From the NCBI GenBank assembly GCA_964536515.1, contig CAZHXI010000004.1:5038-69037 (forward strand): a stretch of 64,000 nucleotides of DNA. The letters run 5' to 3'. Numbering within the stretch: the first letter of the stretch is position 1; the number at the start of each line of letters is the position of its first letter. Both the position numbers and the translations under genes were made by a program. The stretch comes from an uncultured Gammaproteobacteria bacterium (GTDB lineage Bacteria; Patescibacteriota; Patescibacteriia; CAYZDG01). Of this stretch, positions 37,555 to 48,955 are shown one piece after another. A model generated the notes under the pieces. That model did no database searches, was not told the origin of the DNA, and saw only the letters and a program-made list of their open reading frames with translations.

Positions 37555-37578
37555 AAACACCGCAGAAAGCTGCTATAG
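37550..37578 (+). promoter_or_regulatory. Sigma70-like promoter TTGCAA-17-TATAGT upstream of the 1468-aa surface-protein gene
   Basis: Hexamers and the 17-nt spacer read directly; 48 nt upstream of the ATG. Confidence 0.5.
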
Positions 37579-37626
37579 TATTTAGGTATGTACTCGACCG
37601 AATAGCCGCGGTCGGACGTTTCTGCT

Positions 37627-40600
37627 ATGCGTCTAACGCTGCTACCCGCGAAAACAAAAACGAAAGCCGCAATTGCAGCGGCAATTTTGATTATCCTCAG
37701 CCAGGGCGTGCTTCCCGGGCTGTCGTTCCATAGCAGGGCTGTCTCGGCGGCTCCCGCGGAGGGCGCGCTGGTAAGGATTGCCTCGAACTCCGCCGTCTAC
37801 TACGTCGGACGTGACGGCAAGAGGTACGTGTTCCCCAACGAGGCTACGTACTTCAGCTGGTACCACAACTTCGATAACGTGCAGGTGATAGGTGACGGCG
37901 AGCTCGCCAACCTGCCCATTGGCTACCTAATTCCCGTGCGCCCCAACGTACGGTTCGTTCGGTTCGATGGCGAGGCCAAGGTCTACGCCGTGGAGCCCGG
38001 CGGGTTGCTTCGGTGGATTCCCGACGAGGCTACGTTCAGCCGCTTCGGCTTTCGCCTAGACCAGGTGGTGAGCCTGCCGGATGTCTTTCGGCCCGCCTAC
38101 ACCGAGGGGTCCGCTCTGGTTGGAGCCCCGAACGGCGTCGCCGTTCGTAGCGGGCAGGGCGGGCAGCTCTACTACGTTCGCGATGGCGTTAAGCGTCCGG
38201 TAACGGAGCAGGTCCTACGGCAGAACCGCTACTTTACCAACCACATCAGGGTGGTGGCACCGGAGGTCATAGCGGCGATTCCCGATGGCCCGAGCCTCGG
38301 CGGATTCGATCAGGCCGTGGCCGGACGTCCGGACGATCGCCCCGGCGCGGCGAGCGTCAATCCTCCGCCCGAGCAGGTGCCGACGAGCACGGCGCCGAAC
38401 GCCCCGCGGAATTTCAGCGCCGTGGGTGGCAGCCAGCAGGTTACGCTCAACTGGGCGGCGCCGAGCAGCGGGGGCCAGGTGGTGAACTACCTGCTCTACC
38501 GGGCGATGGCGCCAATCGTGAACATCTCCGGTAGCGCGGTTACCCCCATTGCCTCGCGGCCCGCTACCACCACCAACTACAGCGACGCCGGGCTGGTCGC
38601 CAGCACCACCTACTACTACGCGGTTAGGGCGCTGGGTTTGAACGGCGCCATGGGTCCGTACTCAACCACGTCGGCCAGCACGCTACGGGCAGACGCCGCC
38701 GTTCCGCCATTGCCGCCCACCAACCTCGCCGCGGCCGGAGGCAGCCGCCAGGTTGCGCTGTCGTGGACGCTGTCTGCTACCGCAAGCGTAACCAACTACG
38801 CCGTCTACCGCTCCACCTCATTCTTCAACCAGGTGGATGCCCCCGGTGTAACCGCGGTAGCGACCACGTCGGGCAGCGCCACTAGCTACACCGTAGCTAG
38901 CCTGGCTAGCTCTACCCAGTACTACTTCGGCGTCAGGGCCCGCGGCGGCAACGGCTTGTACAGCGCCCTCACCACAGCTTCGGCATCTACCCAGGGTGGA
39001 ACCAGCACCAACCCCGTTCCCCCCAATCCGCCGACCTCATTCACGGCCACGCCGACGCAGCAGAACATTCAGCTGGCGTGGAGCGTGCCAGCCGGACCCG
39101 CCGTATCTAGCTACCAGCTGTTCCGATCTACCTCACCCATTACCAGCGTTACCGGCCCCGGCGTATCTGCGGTCGGTACGGTGCAGTCGCCGAATACCCA
39201 GTACCTCGATTCGGGGCTTTCGGCGAACACCGCCTACCACTACGCTGTGCGCTCTATCGATGCAGCTGGGCTGCAGAGCGGAATAGCCACAACCACGGCC
39301 ACCACTGGCGTAGCCGACCCGAACGCACCGGCGTCACTAGCCCTAGCCCCCGGGTCTTCTACGGTGGAGCTGCGCTGGGCTGCGCCGGCGAACGCTAGCT
39401 ACCCCAGCAAGTACCAGGTGTACCGGTCTACGTCGCCGGTTACGCCGGCGAGCCCGGGAACGTTGGTCACCACCGGCAACAGCACCTCGTGGACTACGGA
39501 GGGTAGCTCGCTGAACCTGGTAGACGTAAGCCTACCCTCTGGCGCCACGTACTACTACGGCGTGCGTAGTCAGAACGCAGCGGGCCAGGTGAGCAGCTTC
39601 ACCAATGCCGGCCCGGTTACGACCGCGGCCGCCCCGGCGGCGGTCGCCATGGGAGGTCACCCCAGGGTAGACATGGCGGCGACCGACATTAGCTCCGTTC
39701 GCCAGCGAGCTCAGCCCAGCGGTTCCGTGCACGAGAACCTGCTGCAGACCGTTAACGGCCAGTGGTCCGGCGGCGGCTACAGCCGCACCGATAACCTGAA
39801 GGGTGCGCTGGTGGACTACAGCAGCCTCGATCCAGCTAGCTGGACTCACTCCATTGGTGCGGCGACCACGCCGCAGCAGCTGCTAGATTCGTTCACCCAG
39901 TGGAGCAACGTCATTAGCCGCGGCAGCCTCGTGGCCCTGCTGACCGATGACCCGTTGGCTAGGCAGCGAGCTACCCACGCCCTGCTGGCGCTACGCGGCG
40001 TGTACGATGCTACCGCTGCCACCTGGATGCCCGACGGCTCGTACCCCGATAACCAGCCCCGGCAGGAGGCCATTAAGTCGATGATGACGGTGGTAGCAGT
40101 TGGGTACGACCGGCTGTACCCCTGGCTTACCCAGGCTCAGCGCCAGCAGGTTGGCACGCTGGCTAGGCAGGTTTCGGAAAAGTATCGGGACTTTTGGATC
40201 CCCGATGGATTCTGGGCTTTCCCCGAGACGCACACGCACGAAGACAACGCAATCTACCTCCGTTCGCTGCTAGCCTACTACGGCGATACAGACCTGCTCC
40301 CGGCAGACCGATCGTGGATAGACTCAGCTACATCTGGGAAGCTGAGCCAGTACACCAGCTACCTCAACTGGCTAGCTCCGTTCTTGCAAGATGGCTCCGG
40401 CGGCGCCACGGCGTACTGGGGCTACTACGCATACGGCGAGGTCAGCCGCATGCTGCTGACGGTAGAGACGATTGCGGTCACCGCGAACCCAAGCATCTAC
40501 ACCCAGTTCCCTTGGCTACGGAACATAGTAGCTTTTACCGCCTACACTAACCTGCCGAATGATCGCTACGTCCATACCGGCAACGGCGGCTACGGCACCC

Positions 40601-42033
40601 ACTACAACGTTGTGCCCATTAGCACGCTAGCCCGACGCTACGGCGATGCCGTTGCGGGGTGGCTCGCCGATAGGTTCCGCACGCACTCCAGCATGAACCA
40701 GAATGCAACTAAGGAGTGGGGGCTGCTGTACGATCCCAATTTGCCGAGCCAGTCGCCGCAGCAGGCTGGTTACGGGCTGGATTGGTTCTCAGCTAAAGCC
40801 GGCCTAGCAACCATGCGCTCTGACTGGACCGACAGCGCCGTGGTGGCATCGATTATGAACCCGCCGGTTGCGAGGCTACAGAAGCTCAACCAGAACGCCG
40901 GCAGCTTCACCATCTACTACCGGGGGCCCCAGGTGGTTCAGTCGGGAGCGTACGATATCGGCAGTGGCTCGACACACTTCGTGCAGTACTTCCGTAAGAC
41001 CATCTCTTCCAATACCCTGACCATCCACGATCCCGCTGAGTACTTCTGCGACTCTCGCTACCACCCCGCTGAGCAGCCCTGCATTGAGGCGCTCACCTGG
41101 AACGACGGCGGCCAGCCGTACCGCAGGCTGTCCGCCACCCCAGTCGATTTCAATGCCCCCGATAGGCAGATGGGAACGACGGTGAATGAGAGTACTGCGA
41201 CGTACAACTACACCCGAGCCGACCTTACGCCCGCGTACCGGCGCTACGCCGACGCCAGCTACAGCACGTTCGTAGAGAAGGCGAGCGAGGTGGTACGTGA
41301 GTTCGTGTACGTGCGCCCCAAGGCTTTCGTTGTCCTAGACCGCGTTACGGCTACCGACCCCAGCTTCACCAAGCGTTGGCTGCTGCACACCGAGTCCGAG
41401 CCAACGGTGAGCGGCCCCGTAGTTTCCACCCAGGTTCCGGGGCACATCACCACCCACAGCGGAGATACGGTTACCACGGCAGCCTCGGGGCAGGGCCGGC
41501 TGTTCGCCAAGCTGCTGCTGCCCAGCTCGAGGACGGTAAAGAAGGTCGGCGGCAGCGGCTACGAGTTCTACGCCGATACCGGCATCAACTACCCGGCGTG
41601 GGTCTGCAATCCGCCGGACCAGGTGGTCTGCGACGGCCTGGGCAAGTGGCGCCTGGAGGTTTCGCCCACGGCTGCTACGTCTTCCGACCTGTTCTTGAAC
41701 GTCATCTACGTGGACGATAGCGGAGCCTCGAGCATGCCCGCTACCCAGCTGCTCGCCAGCGCCGATGGCACGCCGGCGGCGGCAATCGCCGGTACCGCGG
41801 TGGTGTTCGGCAAGAGCTCAGCCCCGCAGTCTGCAGGCGCCTACTCTGGTTCGGGCATCTCTACCCACATCATTGCTGGCCTGGTGCCGAATGCGTCGTA
41901 CGTTATGACCGCGGTCAACGATGCCGACGAGAACGACGTGGTGACGGCGCAGTTCAGCTCCTCCAATGTCGGCACCGCACGGGTAACGACGGCGACACCG
42001 GGAACGTACTCCTTCAGCTACGTTCGGCAGTAG
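37627..42033 (+). CDS. Giant secreted/surface protein: signal/TM, three ~50-aa N-terminal repeats, four fibronectin type III domains, C-terminal heparinase II/III-like (polysaccharide lyase superfamily) domain
   Basis: The FN3 repeats share the pattern P..P.N..A..G...V.L.W......V..Y.YR...YYYAVRA....G. The C-terminal block DWFSAKAGLATMRSDW...AGSFTIYYRGPQVVQSGAYDIGSG..HF.QYFRKTISSNTLTIHD matches the Hepar_II_III signature as I recall it. Confidence 0.7.
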   Translation: MRLTLLPAKTKTKAAIAAAILIILSQGVLPGLSFHSRAVSAAPAEGALVRIASNSAVYYVGRDGKRYVFPNEATYFSWYHNFDNVQVIGDGELANLPIGYLIPVRPNVRFVRFDGEAKVYAVEPGGLLRWIPDEATFSRFGFRLDQVVSLPDVFRPAYTEGSALVGAPNGVAVRSGQGGQLYYVRDGVKRPVTEQVLRQNRYFTNHIRVVAPEVIAAIPDGPSLGGFDQAVAGRPDDRPGAASVNPPPEQVPTSTAPNAPRNFSAVGGSQQVTLNWAAPSSGGQVVNYLLYRAMAPIVNISGSAVTPIASRPATTTNYSDAGLVASTTYYYAVRALGLNGAMGPYSTTSASTLRADAAVPPLPPTNLAAAGGSRQVALSWTLSATASVTNYAVYRSTSFFNQVDAPGVTAVATTSGSATSYTVASLASSTQYYFGVRARGGNGLYSALTTASASTQGGTSTNPVPPNPPTSFTATPTQQNIQLAWSVPAGPAVSSYQLFRSTSPITSVTGPGVSAVGTVQSPNTQYLDSGLSANTAYHYAVRSIDAAGLQSGIATTTATTGVADPNAPASLALAPGSSTVELRWAAPANASYPSKYQVYRSTSPVTPASPGTLVTTGNSTSWTTEGSSLNLVDVSLPSGATYYYGVRSQNAAGQVSSFTNAGPVTTAAAPAAVAMGGHPRVDMAATDISSVRQRAQPSGSVHENLLQTVNGQWSGGGYSRTDNLKGALVDYSSLDPASWTHSIGAATTPQQLLDSFTQWSNVISRGSLVALLTDDPLARQRATHALLALRGVYDATAATWMPDGSYPDNQPRQEAIKSMMTVVAVGYDRLYPWLTQAQRQQVGTLARQVSEKYRDFWIPDGFWAFPETHTHEDNAIYLRSLLAYYGDTDLLPADRSWIDSATSGKLSQYTSYLNWLAPFLQDGSGGATAYWGYYAYGEVSRMLLTVETIAVTANPSIYTQFPWLRNIVAFTAYTNLPNDRYVHTGNGGYGTHYNVVPISTLARRYGDAVAGWLADRFRTHSSMNQNATKEWGLLYDPNLPSQSPQQAGYGLDWFSAKAGLATMRSDWTDSAVVASIMNPPVARLQKLNQNAGSFTIYYRGPQVVQSGAYDIGSGSTHFVQYFRKTISSNTLTIHDPAEYFCDSRYHPAEQPCIEALTWNDGGQPYRRLSATPVDFNAPDRQMGTTVNESTATYNYTRADLTPAYRRYADASYSTFVEKASEVVREFVYVRPKAFVVLDRVTATDPSFTKRWLLHTESEPTVSGPVVSTQVPGHITTHSGDTVTTAASGQGRLFAKLLLPSSRTVKKVGGSGYEFYADTGINYPAWVCNPPDQVVCDGLGKWRLEVSPTAATSSDLFLNVIYVDDSGASSMPATQLLASADGTPAAAIAGTAVVFGKSSAPQSAGAYSGSGISTHIIAGLVPNASYVMTAVNDADENDVVTAQFSSSNVGTARVTTATPGTYSFSYVRQ

Positions 42034-42078
42034 CGCCCCTGTCGGTGCGGCCGTGGGAGGATGTAGAATGAGTTTCGT

Positions 42079-42639
42079 ATGGTAACTCAGCCCAAGCAAC
42101 CAGGCGGCAACGAGCTGCTAAACCCCAAGCAGCTGCTGGAGCGCGTCGGCGTGGGCTTCGGCCAGCGCGTGGCTGACCTAGGCTGCGGGTCTATGGCCTA
42201 CTTCACCATGCAGGCGGGGCGTCAGGTCGGCGACCGCGGGCAGGTGTACGCCGTAGACATCCAGCGCGAGGTTCTATCGAGCGTAGATAGCCGCGCACGC
42301 CTGGCGGGCCTCGGCAACGTTCGCACCGTATGGAGCGACATCGAGAAGGTGGGGGCGACTGCGATTCCTCCGGCCACGATCGACGTGGCGCTGCTGGCCA
42401 ACACGCTCTTCCAGCTATCGGACCACGCCTCGGCACTAGCCGAGGCGGCGCGGCTGCTGAAGCCCGGAGGCAAGCTTCTGGTGGCAGACTGGAAGTCCAT
42501 CGGCGCGCCGTTCGGCCCGCCGACCGAGCGCCGGGTGAGCCCCGGCCGGGTCCGTGAGCTAGCTACGGCAGCGGGCTTTACCCTAGCCGAGGAGTTCGAG
42601 GCCGGGCCGTACCACTTTGGACAAACCTACACGAAGTAG
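42079..42639 (+). CDS. Class I SAM-dependent methyltransferase
   Basis: Motif I VADLGCGSMAY and motif post-II LKPGGKLLVADW. Confidence 0.75.
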   Translation: MVTQPKQPGGNELLNPKQLLERVGVGFGQRVADLGCGSMAYFTMQAGRQVGDRGQVYAVDIQREVLSSVDSRARLAGLGNVRTVWSDIEKVGATAIPPATIDVALLANTLFQLSDHASALAEAARLLKPGGKLLVADWKSIGAPFGPPTERRVSPGRVRELATAAGFTLAEEFEAGPYHFGQTYTK

Positions 42640-42657
42640 CTAGAGTGGGGAGCGCGT

Positions 42658-43053
42658 ATGCTCCGCTGGATTTCTGCACAGTTCCTACTGTACCCCTACC
42701 CGGGTCCCCTGGGTGGCTGGAGCAAGCTAGCCATGCCCATTGCCTTCGCCGCTCTGCTCGTAGGTTCGTTCGTGGCACGGGGGTTGGCGCGCCGTTCGCT
42801 GGATCGTGCCGGCGCCGACTGGTGGCGGGCGGCGGCCAGCTGGCTGCTGGGTTTGAGCATCCCCGGGCTACTCTTGACCTTCTTCGCCTGGCAGCGGGTG
42901 CCGTTCCTATCCATGCGTATCCTGCTGGTCGCCAACGTCCTCGCCGTCATTGCCGTGGCCGCCTGGATGGCCTGGCGGTGGTTCCGCATGGTTCCCCAGC
43001 GACGCGCCGGCGTGCAGCGTCGCCGCGAGTACACCAGGTACCTGCCCTCCTAA
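42658..43053 (+). CDS. Hypothetical membrane protein (4 TM helices)
   Basis: SD GGGGAG 7 nt upstream. The hydrophobic segments are better formed than in the overlapping Arg-rich frame (42645..43088). Confidence 0.45.
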   Translation: MLRWISAQFLLYPYPGPLGGWSKLAMPIAFAALLVGSFVARGLARRSLDRAGADWWRAAASWLLGLSIPGLLLTFFAWQRVPFLSMRILLVANVLAVIAVAAWMAWRWFRMVPQRRAGVQRRREYTRYLPS

Positions 43054-43097
43054 TTCGCCAGCGCAGCTCGGGGTCAGCGCGTAGCTGATCCTTTTCT

Positions 43098-43460
43098 GTG
43101 CGTCGAGCAACAGCGACAAGCCGGGGACGGGAGGCCGAGGACTGGGCCGTGGGCTGGTGCCGGCGCCGCGGCTGGACTGTCGTCGCCCGCAACTGGCGGT
43201 GCCGGGGCGGCGAGCTCGACGTGGTCGCCTGGGACCAGGAGCAGCTCATTGTGGTGGAGGTTAAGTGCCGTAGCTCCGTTCGGTACGGCGTGGCTGGCAC
43301 CCAGCTCACCGCTGCACAGCGGCGCCGTATCGAGCGTACCCTGGAGCAGTTCTGCTACCGTACGGGCCTGGGCGAGCGGCCGTGGCGCATGGACCTCCTG
43401 GCGCTGCAGCGCCGCGGCGGTCGGTGGTACAGTACCCACTATGGTGGAGCTGATTGCTAG
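43098..43460 (+). CDS. yraN: YraN-family (UPF0102) putative endonuclease
   Basis: Pattern GREAEDWAV.WCRRRGW.VVARNWRCRGGELDVVA...VVEVKCR typical of YraN. Confidence 0.75.
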   Translation: MRRATATSRGREAEDWAVGWCRRRGWTVVARNWRCRGGELDVVAWDQEQLIVVEVKCRSSVRYGVAGTQLTAAQRRRIERTLEQFCYRTGLGERPWRMDLLALQRRGGRWYSTHYGGADC

Positions 43461-43803
43461 CGTAGCCCTGGCCTCGTCGCTCGCCGCCCCCGGCGGGGCT
43501 CCGCCGGCGCCCACGCTCGTCTGGCGAGACCCGCAGTCGGAAGCCGAGGCTTACGTGCGTGGCCTCACCAGGTCGGGGACGTCGGTTACGGTTACGATAA
43601 ATGGGTCGATTGCGCCCAGCCTCCGCTACGGGCCTGCCCGAGGCGGGGTAGCCAGCTTCGCCGTGCCCTGGCCGGCAGATTTGCCGTGCGGGGTGTACGA
43701 GGTAGCGGCCACGTCGCGACGTGGGCCAAGGCAGAGCGAGGCATCTGCGCCTATCTACGTCGTCGTTCCCGGGGTCAGGGTGGCGCCTCCGAGGCTGGCC
43801 TAG
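43441..43803 (+). CDS. Hypothetical secreted Ig-like protein
   Basis: An ATG 20 nt before the yraN stop. Signal-like N-terminus. Weak support. Confidence 0.3.
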   Translation: MVELIASVALASSLAAPGGAPPAPTLVWRDPQSEAEAYVRGLTRSGTSVTVTINGSIAPSLRYGPARGGVASFAVPWPADLPCGVYEVAATSRRGPRQSEASAPIYVVVPGVRVAPPRLA

Positions 43804-43899
43804 GGGGAGCTTGACTGCCGTGGCTAGCCTTCGCTACCATTTGACACAGATGCAGCTACCCTACGGTGGCTGATTTTTTGACGTACGCTAATCCAATAC

Positions 43900-45237
43900 G
43901 TGCCTATGAACCTGAACGATATCAAGCCGGCGCTCCAGGCCATCGCTGAGGAGAAGAACCTCTCCTACGATTCGGTGGTGGAGACGGTCGAGGCAGCCCT
44001 GGCCGCTGCCTACCGCAAGGACTTCGGCCAGCCTAACCAGAACCATCGCGCCGAGTTCAACCCCGAGACGGGCGCGCTGGAGGTCTACGACGTGAAGACG
44101 GTCGTCGAGGACGTAGACCTAGAGGCCGAGCAGGTGGCCTGGGAGGCCTACCGCGCCAAGCTCGCCGAGCACGGCTTCGCCGTGCAGGTGGAGGCCCCGC
44201 CGCTGCCCGGTGCGCTGCCGACGCCGCCCCCCTCCGGCACCCCGCCGACCCCCGAGAACCTAGCTGCGGCCGGCCTGGAGCAGTTCAAGCGGTTCGATCC
44301 CCGCAAGGAGATTATGCTCTCCGAGGCTAAGGCCCTGAAGAAGGGCGTAGCCCTCGGCGATGAGATTAAGACCAAGCTCGACCTGCCGGGTGAGTTCGGC
44401 CGCATGGCTGCCCAGACGGCCAAGCAGGTAGTCATGCAGCGGCTACGCGAGGCCGAGCGCGACAACGTCTTCAAGGAGTTCAAGGCCAAGGAGGGAATGA
44501 TCGTCGTCGGAATTGTGCAGCGACGTGAGGGCCGCCTGGTTCTGGTTGACCTTGGGCACGCCACCGCCATCATCCCCCCGGATGAGCAGGTAGACCGCGA
44601 GAACTACGTGCCGGGCAGCCGCATCAAGGCCTACGTCGTAACGGTCAGCAGCGGCTCGCGCGGTACCGACATTGTGCTCTCGCGCGCCCACCCCAACCTG
44701 GTGCGGGCGCTGTTCACCGCCGAGGTTCCCGAGGTTTCGATGGGCACGGTGGAGATTAAGGCCGTGGCACGTGAGGCCGGCTCCCGGACCAAGGTAGCGG
44801 TGAGCACCACCCACGAGCACCTGGATCCCGTCGGCTCGTGCGTTGGCCAGCGCGGCGCACGGGTGCAGACCGTCATCAACGAGCTGGGCGGCGAGAAGGT
44901 GGACGTGGTCCAGCACGCCGACGACACCTCGAAGTTCATCAGCAATGCGCTGTCGCCGGCTAAGGTTACCGGCGTCCGGCTGGACGAGGCGACCCACACC
45001 GCTACGGTAACGGTGAAGGAGGACCAGCTGAGCTTGGCAATCGGCCGCGGCGGACAGAACGTACGCCTCGCCGCCAAGCTGACCGGCTACAAGATTGATA
45101 TCATTTCGGAGGGCGGCCAGACCGTGAGCAGCGACGACGAGGTAGACGAGGAGGGCAAGCCCGTCGTTGCGGCGCCCGCCGAGCCCGTGGCCGAGCCGGT
45201 CGCCGAGGCGCCCGCCGCCGAGCCGGTCGCCGCGTAG
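43900..45237 (+). CDS. nusA: Transcription termination/antitermination factor NusA with a Pro-rich insertion between the NTD and S1 domains
   Basis: NusA N-terminal domain (LSYDSVVETVEAALAAAYRK), S1 and two KH domains (GQRGARVQ, IGRGGQNVRLA). Confidence 0.9.
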   Translation: MPMNLNDIKPALQAIAEEKNLSYDSVVETVEAALAAAYRKDFGQPNQNHRAEFNPETGALEVYDVKTVVEDVDLEAEQVAWEAYRAKLAEHGFAVQVEAPPLPGALPTPPPSGTPPTPENLAAAGLEQFKRFDPRKEIMLSEAKALKKGVALGDEIKTKLDLPGEFGRMAAQTAKQVVMQRLREAERDNVFKEFKAKEGMIVVGIVQRREGRLVLVDLGHATAIIPPDEQVDRENYVPGSRIKAYVVTVSSGSRGTDIVLSRAHPNLVRALFTAEVPEVSMGTVEIKAVAREAGSRTKVAVSTTHEHLDPVGSCVGQRGARVQTVINELGGEKVDVVQHADDTSKFISNALSPAKVTGVRLDEATHTATVTVKEDQLSLAIGRGGQNVRLAAKLTGYKIDIISEGGQTVSSDDEVDEEGKPVVAAPAEPVAEPVAEAPAAEPVAA

Positions 45238-45270
45238 AATCCATAACGTAACTAATCCTCAGATCAACCT

Positions 45271-47274
<2,004 letters not shown>

Positions 47275-47293
47275 GAAACCGACGTTACCGTTA

Positions 47294-47324
47294 CGTAGAG
47301 ACGTTGCATTGCAACGTCTCTACG
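47294..47324. repeat. Palindrome CGTAGAGACGTTGCA-T-TGCAACGTCTCTACG (family copy 2), 20 nt downstream of the hppA stop
   Basis: The inner 27 nt are identical to copy 1. Confidence 0.7.
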
Positions 47325-47447
47325 GTTACCCCAGGGATATTGACACCAGCAGCGCCGCGGGGTATGGCTTAGGTGTTTTAGTTGAATCGACTGAATATTG
47401 ATAATTGAGCGAGAAATAGTCTCGGAAACAAACAGAAGGAGGTAGGC

Positions 47448-48944
47448 ATGGCACGAATTGTGCTGGCCCTGCTGTGCGCCTGCGCAGCTGGGCTCGCGAA
47501 CCCGTGGTCCGTAGACATCGGGCCACCGGATCCATGGGCGTGGCAGCGGCTCGCTGCGGCGTCCGATGGCCAAGGAGGTGCGTGGGTTGCGGCTAGCGCC
47601 GGCTCACCCGCAAGCCTCTACATTACCCACGTCGGCGACGACGGCACGGTCCAATTCGGTCCGAGCTTAATCGCCGCAGGGTACGAGCAGCAGCCGCTGC
47701 TCGCAGCTCCGGATGGCCAGGGCGGAGCGCTCCTCTTGGTAGAGGAGTTCACGTCGTGGCCGCCTCTCAGTAACCAGCTGCGGTTGGTTAACGTCGGCAA
47801 CGATGGCTCGGTTCGGTGGTCCGCTCTGGCCTGCACCACGCAGGCTGGCGCCAGCTGCCTGAAGCCGCAGCTCGCGGTCGGCGCGCAGTCTGCCCTGGTG
47901 GGCTGGGCTTACCAGACCACCGCCGGCACCGAGGCACGCGTCCGTCGGGTACAGCTCGATGGTACCTGCGTCGGTGAACCGCTGGGTGAGGCACTGTGCC
48001 AAGCCTACAGCTTGGGCATGGTAGCCTCGGGCGACAGCTTCGTCGTCGCAGCGGCAGACTCAACCTTCATTGTGAAGGGCGGGTCTAGCCGCATCGGCTG
48101 GCTGGGTGGACAGGCGCTGTCTGATCCCTGCGTGGTCCACGTTACAGACGTGGCTGCAGACATCGTAGGGTTTCACTCCGGCGCCGTGTGGATTGACCAC
48201 CGCGGTGCCGGAGGAGCCGATACGGTGGCCACCGGGCTCGTTCAGCCCGTAGAGCTACAGGTAGATGACCTAGACGGCAGCTGCCTCATCAGCTACCGCC
48301 GTGACGGCAACATCTACGGCAGGTGGTTCAATCCCCTCACCGCTACCGTGGGCGAGGAGATCACCATCTGCGGCGCTACGGGCAGCCAGCTGGGGCACCA
48401 GCTCTCCCGCGGCTCAGCTGGTATCGGCGCTGCCTGGGTCGACCGTAGGTTCGGTTCTGACGACGGCAGGGTATTCTGCCAGCACGTCTGGGCTAGCGGC
48501 ACACGCTGGCCAGACGGCATCGAGCTGGGGTCGGCTACGCCATTCGGCGGCACCGTGCCCCTGGTGACGTGCGACGGCGACTCCGCCGGCATTGCCGCAT
48601 GGGTTCTGCCCAGCGGCAGCTTGCGGGTAGCTCCCATCGACAGCCCATGGACGGATGCGGCGCCGGAGCGACCGGTGGCTCTACCCCTGCAGCTCTCGGT
48701 GGTTGCCTACCCGAACCCCTTTAACGCCAGTACGACCATTCGCTTCGACCTACCCACGTTCGGGCAGGCCAGGGTGGATGTGTACGATACGGGCGGCAGG
48801 CTAGTTCAGCGGCTTATGGACGGGCCGTTGGCCGCCGGCAGCCACGAGGCCCTCTGGGCCCCGTCGGTTGCCAGCGGAACTTACTTCGTCCGTATTAACA
48901 CCGCGTTCGGGCAGGTCGCCCGGGCGGTGCAACTGGTGCGCTAG
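47448..48944 (+). CDS. Secreted beta-propeller-like protein with a T9SS-type C-terminal sorting domain (Por_Secre_tail-like)
   Basis: Signal peptide. The C-terminal ~80 aa, VVAYPNPFNASTTIRFDLP...RVDVYDTGGRLVQRL...GTYFVRINT, match the T9SS CTD pattern. SD AAGGAGG. Confidence 0.65.
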   Translation: MARIVLALLCACAAGLANPWSVDIGPPDPWAWQRLAAASDGQGGAWVAASAGSPASLYITHVGDDGTVQFGPSLIAAGYEQQPLLAAPDGQGGALLLVEEFTSWPPLSNQLRLVNVGNDGSVRWSALACTTQAGASCLKPQLAVGAQSALVGWAYQTTAGTEARVRRVQLDGTCVGEPLGEALCQAYSLGMVASGDSFVVAAADSTFIVKGGSSRIGWLGGQALSDPCVVHVTDVAADIVGFHSGAVWIDHRGAGGADTVATGLVQPVELQVDDLDGSCLISYRRDGNIYGRWFNPLTATVGEEITICGATGSQLGHQLSRGSAGIGAAWVDRRFGSDDGRVFCQHVWASGTRWPDGIELGSATPFGGTVPLVTCDGDSAGIAAWVLPSGSLRVAPIDSPWTDAAPERPVALPLQLSVVAYPNPFNASTTIRFDLPTFGQARVDVYDTGGRLVQRLMDGPLAAGSHEALWAPSVASGTYFVRINTAFGQVARAVQLVR

Positions 48945-48955
48945 CGCCAAAAAAA

